Made by a program: the position numbers and the translations under genes. A model generated the notes under the pieces. The model did not search any database, was not told where the DNA came from, and saw only the letters and a list, made by a program, of their open reading frames with translations. This document shows positions 20,061-30,516 of a DNA stretch of 32,000 nucleotides, in pieces (the stretch's first letter is position 1; each line of letters begins with the position of its first letter). Source of the DNA: Mesoplasma florum L1 (GTDB lineage: Bacteria > Bacillota_I > Bacilli_A > Mycoplasmatales > Mycoplasmataceae); contig NC_006055.1 in NCBI RefSeq assembly GCF_000008305.1, forward strand, positions 600,001 to 632,000, given 5' to 3'.

Positions 20061-21593
20061 TTAATTCACCGAAAAATCTCTTTCTAAAACTTTTGCATTC
20101 ATTTCTTTGAAAACTTTAATTTTTGATAAACCAATTGTTGCAAAGAAAGTTGTTATAAATGTTGCCACAATAGCTATTGCCATTCATAAGTATGGCCCAC
20201 CAGCTATTGTGTGTATGTTAAATTTATCTAATATTTCAGGTTTAGTTGTAATTGATAAAAATACTAACAATGAAGCATTACCATTTGTACAAATCACTCC
20301 AGCGAATGTTGTTATTATAATACCAACAGTTGCACCAATACTTGCTGCAATAACTGGATAAACAAATTTTAATCCTACACCAAATAATGCTGGTTCAGTC
20401 GATCCACTTACATATGCTAATGAATATGAAGGTATTGCTGTTCTTTTTAATTCTTTATTATGTCTATTTATAATTGTTACAGCTAAGATTGAAGTTGCTA
20501 CTGCAATATTTAATTGTGTAAACATCGGCATCATTGTTGTTCCACCAAATGTAGTAAACTGTTGTAAGTTAATAACTACCAAAACTTGAATTAATCCGGT
20601 AATAACTAACCAAGGTAAGGCTAATCCTAAAATTGGATTAAATATATATTTAGCAACATTATCTGTAGTTGCTCAAACCACACCTTCATTCATTCCATAT
20701 GTTAATAATAAGCCTAATGGACCTACCAATAAAATACCAATAAAGAATGTAGAAATTGTAATCATTGGTATTGCAACCATTTCTTTAAATACAGGTATAT
20801 CAAATTTGTTTGCAAATCTTTCAATATAGACTGCAATAAAACTCATCGCAACTATAGGAAGTATTTGACCAACATATGATATTTTTCAAGGATATCCTGA
20901 TTCAAGGAATGATGCATCTCCAAATCATTTAAATATGCCACCATATTCTCCACTCATAATGTCATTTGTGCTTATCAAACCATGAAAACATAATACAATA
21001 CCAATTGATATACCAATTGCTTGACTACCTTTCATAAGTTTAAAAATTGATCAAGGAATCATTATTGAGAAAGCTAAGTTTAATGCTTTTTGTAAAATAT
21101 CAAACATTTCCCCAACTGCTTTTGCAAATTGACCAGTTTCTGATAAAGTTCCTGATCCAAAATCTATACCATTAAATACATTTGATAATGTAGCTACTAT
21201 GGCCATTGTTATCAAAAGAGGTATAAGAGGTTTTACAATAACAGAAATTCCATCAGTTACTACTTTAAAAAAGTTCCCCTCTTTATTAACTCTTACTTCA
21301 AAATCGTTAGGAATCTCTTCATATGAAATTTTTAGCGATTTTAATAAATTTAAGAAAACTTCATCAATATTCTCGTTAACAATCAATTGAACAAAGTCAT
21401 CTTTTAATAATGTTTTAACAAAAATTTTAGAACCTTCAAGTTTATTCAAATTTAATTTTGTTATGTCAATAACTTTGATTCTGATTCTTGTTGAACATCT
21501 ATTAATTAACTCGATGTTTTTTATTCCACCGACAGCTTCTCTTACTTTTTTACATTCGTCGTAAAAGTGGCTGTTTATTTTTGCATGTTTCAT
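20061..21593 (-). CDS. PTS EIIBC permease, sucrose/beta-glucoside family paralog (510 aa), no EIIA domain
   Basis: Fragments 21051..21638 and 20184..20582 share a frame. The EIIB motif is RCSTRIRI, followed by a multi-TM EIIC. I chose the ATG at 21593 (MKHAKINSHFYDE) because AAAGGTG lies 6 nt upstream; the ATG at 21638 has no SD. The tail, walked across the TGA at 20184, ends at TAA 20063..20061. Confidence 0.85.
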
Positions 21594-21655
21594 TTTTTCA
21601 CCTTTCAAATAATAATAATTTCTATTTCTTTTCAACATTTTAGAAATTATTCTAA

Positions 21656-21720
21656 ACTTATTATAAGTCTAACTTATCCTACAATAAGTTGTTAAAAGTA
21701 AAAACCTATAATTATAAGTT
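21656..21720. promoter_or_regulatory. Array of three inverted repeats built from the heptamer AACTTAT/ATAAGTT, overlapping a candidate promoter of the second PTS/GH32 module. Candidate operator cluster.
   Basis: ACTTAT-T-ATAAGT (21656..21668), AACTTAT-N6-ATAAGTT (21671..21690, perfect) and AACCTAT-N4-ATAAGTT (21703..21720, 1 mismatch). On the minus strand, TTATTG-16 nt-TATAAT falls across the first two repeats. Confidence 0.4.
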
Positions 21721-21733
21721 GGATAAAATGCAA

Positions 21734-21760
21734 ACAAAAAAAGTGGCTAATAACCACTTA
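21734..21760 (-). terminator. Rho-independent terminator after nrdE
   Basis: AAGTGG-7 nt-CCACTT hairpin followed by TTTTTGTTT on the minus strand, 9 nt after the TAA at 21769. Confidence 0.55.
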
Positions 21761-21768
21761 GTTTTTTA

Positions 21769-23934
21769 TTAAATTACACATGCGTCGCATTCATAGTTTT
21801 CACTATCTTCTAATACTTCTTGTCTTACACGTACGTAGTAGATTGATGCACATTTTTTCTTAAATGCATGAATGTATGCTTTGTTTAAGTCACGAGTTGT
21901 AACTTGGTCTGTCATAAATAATGTTAATGATATAGCTTGATCAACGTGTTGTTGAGCTGCTGCAACAATATCAATAATTGGCATTGGTCCAACTTCATAT
22001 GCTCCTAAAGCATAGTAAGCCATGTTATCAAAATTAATGTTGTATGCTGGAACATAAATTCTTCCTAATTTTCCTTCTTTACGTACTTCAATTGGTGCTA
22101 CAACTGGTTGTAAACTTGGAGTACATGAAGATAAGTAACTAATTGATCCTGTAGGAGCAACAGCCATTAAATGTGAGTTAGCAATTCCATCTTTTTTAAT
22201 TAGTTCAACTAATTCAATTCAATCTTTTTGAGTTGGAATAGTTACATTATATTGAGCAAATAATTCTCTAACTCTTTGAGTTTCAGGAGTTCATTTATCT
22301 TCTGCGCATTTAGTATATTTGTTAAATCAACTTCCATCAGCAAATTGTGATGTTTCAAATCCATCAAATGTGCCATATTGTAAAGCTAATTTGTGAGATG
22401 CTTTAAATGCGTTATATGCCATTGCATAGAAGAACATGTTTGTAAAATCAACCGCTTCAATTGAGTTATATCAAATGAAGTTTGTAGCTAAGAAACCATG
22501 TAAGTTCATAGCACCTAATCCTACAGCATGATTTTTTTTGTTTCCTTGTTGAATTGAAGGAGCACTACTTAAATCACTTGTTCTTGAAACTAGATCTAAA
22601 GCATTAATTGAGTGTTCAATAACTTCTGCAAATTCAGCTCCACTTTCCATTACTTTAGCAATGTTAAGACTTCCTAAATTACAACAGATATCGTCTCCCA
22701 TGCTTTTGAAACTTAAATCATCGTTAAATGTACTTGGTGTTGAAACTTGTGCAATTTCACTACATAAGTTACTCATAACAATTCTTCCAGTTGCTGCGTG
22801 AGCATTATTGTTGTTTACTGTATCATCAAATAAGATGTATGGGTAACCACTTTCAAAGTGTAATTCAGCAACAGTTAAAAAGAATTTTCTCGCATTAATA
22901 TAAGTTTTTTTAATATTAGGGTTTTTAACTAGATTTTGATACTCTTGAGTAATTGAAATATCTGACATTGCTTTTCCATATTCTCTTTCAACATCATAAG
23001 GACTAAATAAAGCCATTTCTTCATTTTTTTGAGCTAATTCAAAAGTAATATCTGGAATAACTAATCCTAGTGATAATGATTTAATACGGATTTTTTCATC
23101 AGCATTTTCTCTTTTAGTATCTAAGAATGACATAACATCTGGGTGGTGAGCATTTAAATAAACAGCTCCAGCACCTTGTCTTTGACCTAATTGATTTGCA
23201 TATGAGAATGAATCTTCTAATATTTTCATAACTGGGATAACACCAGTTGCTTGGTTAGCGATTTGTTTTATTGGTGCGCCTAATTCACGTAGATTAGTTA
23301 AACATAAAGCAACTCCACCACCACGTTTTGATAATTGTAGTGATGTTGTAACAGCACGACAAATTGATTCCATGTTGTCTTCTACTCTTAATAAGTAACA
23401 AGAAACATATTCACCACGTTGTTTTTTACCTGCATTTAAGAATGTAGGTGTAGCTGGTTGAAATCTACCCAGCATTAATTGTCTTAATGTTTTTGTTGCA
23501 GATTCAAAATTACCATTTCCTAAGAATAAAGCATTCATTACTGCTCTATCCTCAAAATTTTCTAAATATTTTTGTCCATCAAAAGTTTTTAAACCATATG
23601 AATTGTAAAATTTCATAGCTCCCATAAAACTTGGGAATTCACGGTGAAATCCATAAGCAATATCAGTAATTTCTTCAATTTGTTCTATTGTATATTTATT
23701 TATAAGTTCTTCTTCGTAGTATCCATTAGAAACTAGGTATTCTATTCTTTCTTTAACTGAACCAAATTTTACTAATCTAGGTTCAACATGATGTTTTAAA
23801 TAAGCTTTAGCAGCATCAACATCTAATTTGAAGTTATCTGATCCAGCAGCTAATATTTTAGCTCTGGCATTTAAAGTAACATATTCGTCACTTTCATCTG
23901 TTCCAGATAATGTATTTATTTTTTTATCTTCCAT
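21769..23934 (-). CDS. nrdE: Ribonucleoside-diphosphate reductase class Ib alpha subunit (721 aa)
   Basis: Fragments 22471..23949 and 21769..22167 share a frame and are joined across TGA. The active-site region is NLCSEIAQV and the C-terminus carries a Cys pair (ECDACVI). I chose the ATG at 23934 (MEDKKINTL) with GAGGGA 8 nt upstream; the track's TTG start at 23949 is rejected. Confidence 0.95.
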
Positions 23935-23936
23935 TT

Positions 23937-24392
23937 TTATTTCCCTCAAAATTCTTTCAATATTTCATTGATTTTTTCTACATCGTTTTGAGTTCCTAAT
24001 AATTCAAATTGATACAACAATGGAACATTAAGTTTTTTTGAAAGAATTGGTCCTGCCATCGCAAAAGTATTACCAAAGTTAGTATTACCTGATGCGATTA
24101 CACCTCTACAATAATTTCTATTATTTTCCTTGTTTAAAAATTTAATTACTTGTTTTGGAACTGCTCCCGAAGTAAATTCACCACCACCACTATATGTTGG
24201 TGTGATTAATACGTAATCAGAATCAACATTAATTTCTTCTTCTAATTCGTAAGGTATTCTTGAATTCTTAACACTTAGTTTTTGAATAAATCTATGTGTG
24301 TTATTTGAAATTGATGAGAAGTAAACTACATGCACTTCTCCTGTAGGCTTAACAATTTCTTCACCTGAAACTAACTTAATATCATCGTGCAT
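23937..24392 (-). CDS. nrdI: Class Ib ribonucleotide reductase flavodoxin-like protein NrdI (151 aa)
   Basis: [18 protein letters not shown] is a typical NrdI N-terminus, and the gene sits between nrdF and nrdE. The TGA at 23946 reads as Trp, so the true stop is TAA at 23939..23937. Confidence 0.9.
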
Positions 24393-24395
24393 ATA

Positions 24396-25418
24396 TTAAA
24401 ACTCCCAATCGTCATCTTCAGTTTCTTCTGAAACTCCCATAATATATGATGAGCCATTCCCTGAAAAGAAATCATGGTTTTCATCAGCTCTAGCTGATAA
24501 TTGTGTGAATATTTCTGGCTCAATTCTTGTTTCTTCTTCTGTAAACGGTGAATCATAACCTAAATTTTGTAAAAATTTACCTGCGTTGTAAACACTAAAT
24601 CTAATAGCATCATCAGCTAATCCAAAATCCTCATACAATTCTTTCAAATAAGCTTTTTCTAAATCTATTAATTCATATAATAATTTAAAAACAAATTCTT
24701 TCATTTCAGCTTGTTTTTCTGGAGAAAGTTTAGCAACTTTCTTTTGATATTTATAACCACTATAGTAGTTATGTATAACTTTATCTCTTAATATTAATCT
24801 AATAATATCTGAAGTGTTTGGTAATTTACCTCTAGCTGATAGGTAAAATGGTAAATAGAAGCCTCCATATAATAAGAAGCCTGGCATTAAAGCAGCTGCA
24901 ACTTTTGACTTTAAAGGGTCATCATTCACATAATAAGGAATTAATGCTTTAGCTCTTTCTTGTAATGTTTCTGTATTGATAACTCATTCATGAGCCTCTT
25001 CAATTTGTTCACTTGAACATAAAGTTGAAAAGATTGAACCATATGATCTAGCGTGAACTGCAACCATAAATGCAAAGTTTGTGTAAATTACTTGTTCATG
25101 GTCAGTTAATGAGTTAGGAACTTGAGCCACATCACCAACAGTAGCTTGAATTGTATCTAACAATGTTAATCCTGTAAAAGTTCTTGTAATTAATTCTTGT
25201 CATTCTGGTGTCAAAGTTCTTCATGAAGTTAAATCATTTGAAACTGGAATTTTTTCAGGCAATCAGAAGTTTTGTGTAATTCTATTTCATACCTCTAAAT
25301 CTTTTTCATCATTTACTACGTTTCAGTTTACTGAACGCATTTTTCCTTTAAATCCTTGTTGCGCATATTCAATTGGCGAAACAGACTCGTTGTAATATTG
25401 GTTTTTTATTTTTGCCAT
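24396..25418 (-). CDS. nrdF: Ribonucleoside-diphosphate reductase class Ib beta subunit (340 aa)
   Basis: Fragment 24396..24929 extends upstream across several TGA codons to the ATG at 25418 ([63 protein letters not shown]...). SD AAAGGA. Conserved R2 helices include NFAFMVAVHARSYGSIF. Stop is TAA at 24398..24396. Confidence 0.9.
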
Positions 25419-25454
25419 ATAATATCCTTTCTTTTTCTCTTATTATAAATTCAA

Positions 25455-25503
25455 CTAAATAAAAAAGTTTCTTCTTGTCTTTTGGACATAAAAAGAAACT
25501 TTA
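25455..25503 (-). terminator. Riboswitch expression-platform terminator (AAGUUUCUU ... AAGAAACUU + U6)
   Basis: The minus strand reads AAAGTTTCTTTTTATGTCCAAAAGACAAGAAGAAACTTTTTTATTTAG. It forms a 9-bp outer stem plus an inner TGTC/GACA stem, then a T-run, about 40 nt before the nrdF ATG. Confidence 0.6.
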
Positions 25504-25524
25504 ATAATTAAAGAGTGGTTTTTC

Positions 25525-25588
25525 ACTTATAGTCTCCAAATAGGTTTGAAGGCGGGGTCAGTAGCCCATTATGCTACCCTGTATAAGT
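25525..25588 (-). promoter_or_regulatory. Purine-riboswitch-fold aptamer, 2'-deoxyguanosine (2'-dG-I) type, in the 5' leader of nrdFIE
   Basis: The minus strand reads ACUUAUACAGGGUAGCAUAAUGGGCUACUGACCCCGCCUUCAAACCUAUUUGGAGACUAUAAGU. P1 is ACUUAUA/UAUAAGU, P2 is GUAGC/GCUAC and P3 is CUUCAAA/UUUGGAG. The J3-1 segment GACUAUAAG retains the specificity C, and J2-3 (UGACCCCGCC) is unlike the guanine/adenine consensus. It is a GC-rich island in an AT-rich spacer. From memory it matches the Mesoplasma florum nrd-associated 2'-dG aptamer. Confidence 0.8.
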
Positions 25589-25670
25589 TTCTTTTATATT
25601 CAGTTGTAAATTAATATTAATTTTTTATTTCTTAAAAATCTTAATATTTGCTATTGATTTTATTTTTTTT

Positions 25671-27254
25671 CTATTTAAAATGGTGGAGTTTGTATAAAAC
25701 GCCAATTGAATCTACAACTTTATCCTTTTGTTGTAATTTTTTATATTGAGTTAATAATTTGTTTATTTTGAATTCAATCAGTTCAAGGTCTTTGTTAGTA
25801 AAAGACATCATGCTTTTTTTATAAGGTCCAAAAGCAATAACGTAATATTTAATTAGATTTTCTCATGAATAATCAAAAGCTTTTGGTGCTTTTGGATCAA
25901 TTGTAATTGTTAAAGAAATAATTTTTAACATAATAGACATTTGAGAATTATAATCTGCTATTTCCTCAAATCTATCAACTTTATTAAGCATCTTAGAGAA
26001 ATTTTTTGCATCTAAATTTATTGATTTAAACTTCACATTTTTATAATTAAAGTCAAATTTTTCTTCAATTTGATTGTAAAAATGCATAGTTTGTACTATT
26101 CCTACTTTTTTGAATGATATTAAACAGTCTCCAAGCACACCATTATTTCTTTTTGTCTTATTTATAATTTCCATGTAATATGTTGAATATCTAACTCTAG
26201 CTATGAAATCAAACAATTTTTCAGACCTAAATTTAATTTTTTTGAATTCTTTGAATTTCTTTGAATGTTTCAATGTTCAAATAGGGTTAAAGTCTTTTTG
26301 ATTAATTGGTGATATGCTATGTACGTTTTTTAGGGGTCCTTCAAATGTTTTTATGTTGATTTTGCCTTGTTCTTTATTCGAGCTTAAAAATAGGGGTAAA
26401 TAGGTATATATTGCTTCATATACATCATCACCTTCAGAAATGACAGAAATGTTTTTTAAATTGTCTCTTAAGAATATTGTTGTTATTTTAGAAAGTTCAT
26501 GAATTATTTTAAATTTCTGTTTTACATCTATTTTTTCTCAATTATCCTTTTTAAAATTTAAAATAAATGCATTTAATTCATCTTCATTTTTTAAAAATTG
26601 AATAGTTGGCTCTAATCATTCTTTTTCTTCAGAAGTAAGCTCTCTTCCTTTTTTATATGCTTCAGAAATGTTTTTTCTATTAAATACTTTTTTTATTTTA
26701 TCAACCATATCTGATGGTTTAAGTACGTCAATCATAAGCATTGTTACTAAAAAAGGATAAACTATAGAATAATAGTATTTGTTTTCTTTTTCATTTTTAA
26801 AGTTTATATCATATTCAAATTTACTTGTTAAAGCACATAAATTAGCAAAGTTTCAATAATAATTTTGACTGATATCATCAGAACTGTTAAAAGATGTTTT
26901 TATAATATGATTCAAAACAAATTCTTCAATAACTTGTTTAATAAAAATTTTTTGGGTTTCATCAATTTCTTTAAATTTTGATTCAATTTTTTTATCTTGA
27001 AATGTAAAAATGAATAATTCATTATAATTTGAAATGATGTAATTTGATATTTCACTAAATTTTTCAGGTTCTATATTTATTAATGATTCGTTTTTTCACA
27101 ATTGAAATTGAAATAAAGAATAATAAGTAACATCATATATTTCATTTATTTTTTCTTTTAAATCATTATTAATTTTTTTAAAAATCAATGATGAGTCTTT
27201 TTTAATATATTCATCAAAATATGCTCAAAAAACAGTGTCTAAACGATTTATCAT
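25671..27254 (-). CDS. Hypothetical protein, 527 aa, soluble, no recognisable domain
   Basis: Start is ATG at 27254 with SD GAAGGAG 7 nt upstream, 14 nt after the trmFO stop. I walked the frame codon by codon from 27254 to 25671: seven TGA codons, no TAA/TAG until TAG at 25673..25671. Only the 25863..26273 piece appears in the standard-code track. Lys/Asn/Ile/Phe/Glu-rich, with no hydrophobic segments or catalytic motifs that I recognise. Confidence 0.75.
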
Positions 27255-27268
27255 AATATTTGCTCCTT

Positions 27269-28609
27269 CTAAATATTTTTAATAAAATCCTTAATAGAAT
27301 CAATTGCTAATTCTGAAATCTTTTCATTTTTCATTTTTTTAATTTCTTGCTTAGTTACTTTTCTATTAGGTCTTTTAAATTCTATTTCATCAACTATTCC
27401 TCAATTTGCTTTCATTGGTTGAAAGTTTGTTATAGAAGCTTTGTTTATATAGTTAAGTAAAGCACCTGAAACTGATTTAGATGATGGTACTTGCATTTCT
27501 TTTCCATTAATGAAATTAGCAATATTTATAGCTGTGATCAAACCAGAAACACAAGATTCAACATATCCTTCTACACCTGTTATTTGACCAGCAAAAAATA
27601 TGTTTTCATTAGTTTTTAATTGTAAATATTTGTTAAGAACTTTAGGCGAGTTTATAAAATTATTTTTATGCATTACACCATATCTAACAAACTTAGCGTT
27701 TTCTAAACCTGGTATCATTGAAAAAATTCTTTTTTGTTCAGGTCATTTTAAGTTTGTTTGGAAACCAACAATATTATAAAGTCTATCATTTGCATCATCT
27801 TGGCGTAGTTGAACAACAGCATGATTTCTTGTTCCATCAGGTTTATTTAAACCTCTTGGTTTCATTGGACCAAACAATAAAGTATCAACACCTCTTTTGG
27901 CCATAGCTTCTACTGGCATACACCCTTCAAAGTACTTTAATTCTGCTTCACCAGGTAAATGCCCTATAGAAATTTCTGCATTAATTAGTTCTTTATAAAA
28001 ATTTAAATATTCTTCTTTTGACATTGGACAATTTATATAATCGCTTGTTTCACCTTTGTCATATCTATTTTTTTGATATGCAATTTCCATATTTATAGAT
28101 TCTTTTTCTATAATCGGAGCAACTGCATCATAAAAGTAAAAATCATCATTTCCTATAAGTTTTGTAATTTGCTCTTGTAGTTTATTTGTTGTTAAAGGCC
28201 CTGATGCAATAAGTGTTAATTCATTTGGGTTTATATTTTCAACTTCAAGATCTATGACTTCAATGTTTTCATTAGAACTTATTTCTTTTGTTATATATTC
28301 AGAAAATAAAACTCTATCAACGGCTAAACTTCCTCCAGCTGGAACTTGTGCATATTCAGCCGCTCTTATAATTAATGAATCTAAAAGTCTCATTTCTTCT
28401 TTTAATGTACCGACTGCATTAGTTAATTCGTTACTTCTTAGAGAATTAGAGCAAACTAATTCAGCAAACCCGTCCAAGACTTGGACGGGATTTTTAGTTA
28501 TTCTTTTAACTTCGAAAAGTTTAACTTTTATATTTCTTTTAGCTAGTTGGTATGCAGCTTCTGTTCCTGCTAAACCAGCTCCAATAATATTTACTGTTTT
28601 ATTTTTCAT
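27269..28609 (-). CDS. trmFO: Methylenetetrahydrofolate--tRNA-(uracil54-C5)-methyltransferase TrmFO (Gid), 446 aa
   Basis: Fragments 27743..28609 and 27401..27718 share a frame and are joined across the TGA at 27743 (...[26 protein letters not shown]). FAD-binding motif [12 protein letters not shown]. The TGA at 27401 reads as Trp, and the stop is TAG at 27271..27269. The ATG overlaps the upstream ABC gene stop (TAATG). Confidence 0.9.
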
Positions 28610-30516
28610 TAATTCATCAATCCTGCTTCATATAATTTTTTAAATCTTCCAGGTGTTGAAATTAATTCTTCATAACTACCTTGTTGCACAATACCTTTTC
28701 CGTTTGCACCAAGTACTATAATTTGATCAACGTTTTTAATTGTTGAAAGACGGTGAGCGATAGTAACACTTGTTCTACCTTTCATCAATTTATCTAACTC
28801 AGCTTGAATTTCTTTTTCAACAATATTATCTAATGCACTTGTTGCTTCATCTAATATTAAGAAATCCGGGTTTTTCAAGAAAACTCTAGCTATAACTAAA
28901 CGTTGTTTTTGACCACCAGAAAGTAAGAAACCTCTTTGTCCCAAAATTGTATTATATCCATCTTTTAATGAAATAATAAAGTCATGTAAATTAGCTTTCT
29001 TACATGCCCTCATGATTTCTTCATCAGTAGCATCAAATTTAGCGTATCTTATATTTTCAAAGAAATCTCCAAACAAGATTTGAGGTTCTTGTTCAACATA
29101 TCCTACTTTATTTAAAAATGCTGGTAAATTTATTTCGTTTAAATCATGTGATTGTTTAGAAACACTTTCATCATTTTTATATTTACCCTCAACCATTATT
29201 TTTCCTTCTGTAGGCATGTAAAATCTTAATAGTAATTTTGCTACAGTTGATTTACCACTTCCTGTTTCACCAACGAATGCATATGATTTACCTTTTTCAA
29301 AAACAATATTCATTTTAGGTAAAATTGTTTTTTCAGGTTTTTTAGGATAAGCAAATTGAACGTTTTCAAATGAAATTGAATTTATTTTTTCAATTACAGG
29401 CCCTTCTGGGTTTGGTTTAATTGTTGGAATTGGGTCTGTTAATTCTGAAATTCTTTGAGCTGCATTTTGAGCTCTTGTAGCTGATCTCAATGTTGGGATT
29501 AACATTGCAATAGCACCAATAACAAATGAAACTAAAACTTGTGCTAAAGGCATTTTTACACTTAAAAGTTCTATACCTGCAGCAAGATCACTTTCTTTTG
29601 CGAACATAATACAGAATATAATAACAAACATTGGCATCATCAATGATGCTGTTACTTGAATTCATTGTGTTAATATTGCTGATCAAGTAATTGCTGCATC
29701 TCCAGCTCTGTTATATTTTTCATTTAATTCTTCTATTCTTTCAATTTCGTATTCCTCTAATCCTGAAGATTTTATTAATGATATATTTGATATTCTATCT
29801 GTCATATCTTGATCAACATCACGTTTTTGGTCAAATGCTGTAATTAATTTTCTTCTACTTTGAATAAAAATAACAACAGCAATTGCAATTGAAAGGAACA
29901 TATAAACAGCTAGTATTAAAGCTACATATCAAAGACCTGATAAAAGCATAATCACAACTGACATAGTTATACCAGTAAGGAAATAAATAATATTAGTAAA
30001 GAATTGTTGAATACCAAACGCTAAAGATTGAGTATCCCCTACAAGTCTTGTTAAAATGTTTCCTGAAACATGATCAAAGAAGAAATCAACATCTTGTTGA
30101 GCTAATCTAATTAACATTTTTTGTCTTTGATTAATTTCTACATGAAGTGAAAACTGAGCAATACTTCAGTTAACAACATACTCAGAAAGTAGTAATAAAA
30201 CTAAAGCAGCTAAAGTTATATATAATCAAGCTGTTCATTCTGTTAAACCAACTTCTCATGCTAAAAAGTTTAATGTATCTGCTCCAGGTTTTGTAATGGC
30301 AGAAATCATCATTGTTGCAAACACCGGAAGGAAAGTTGCAACTATAGCATCAAACATTGTAAATAAACACATTGCTCAAAATATTAACTTGTTCTCTTTT
30401 GCTGATTCAAAAATTTGGCGCATAAATACACCCATTTTTTTTCATGAAAATTCTAAATTAACATCAAATCCATGTTTATTTAATTGTTTACCATTTTGTA
30501 AATTATTGTTGCTCAT
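28609..30516 (-). CDS. ABC transporter, fused permease/ATP-binding subunit (type I exporter half-transporter), 635 aa
   Basis: Fragments 29929..30117, 29683..29901 and 28609..29643 share one frame; I walked the gaps and the N-terminal stretch from 30516 and found only TGA. The TMD is followed by an NBD with Walker [10 protein letters not shown], signature LSGGQKQR, Walker [13 protein letters not shown] and H-loop TIAHRLST. Start is ATG at 30516 ([12 protein letters not shown]). Confidence 0.9.

Noticed and set aside
21594-21638. Longer N-termini offered by the track: EIIBC MLKRNRNYYY... (21638), potA MKKKEETK... (4243) and nrdE TTG MREIK... (23949)
   Set aside because: In each case a downstream ATG is preceded at 6-8 nt by a clear SD (AAAGGTG, GAGGAG, GAGGGA), while the longer start has none. 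The uncertainty is only 15-45 nt.
25526-25589. The ATAAGTT/ACTTAT heptamers inside the riboswitch, as further copies of the operator motif seen at 21656..21720
   Set aside because: Here they are simply the two strands of aptamer helix P1. The coincidence is expected for a short AT-rich word.
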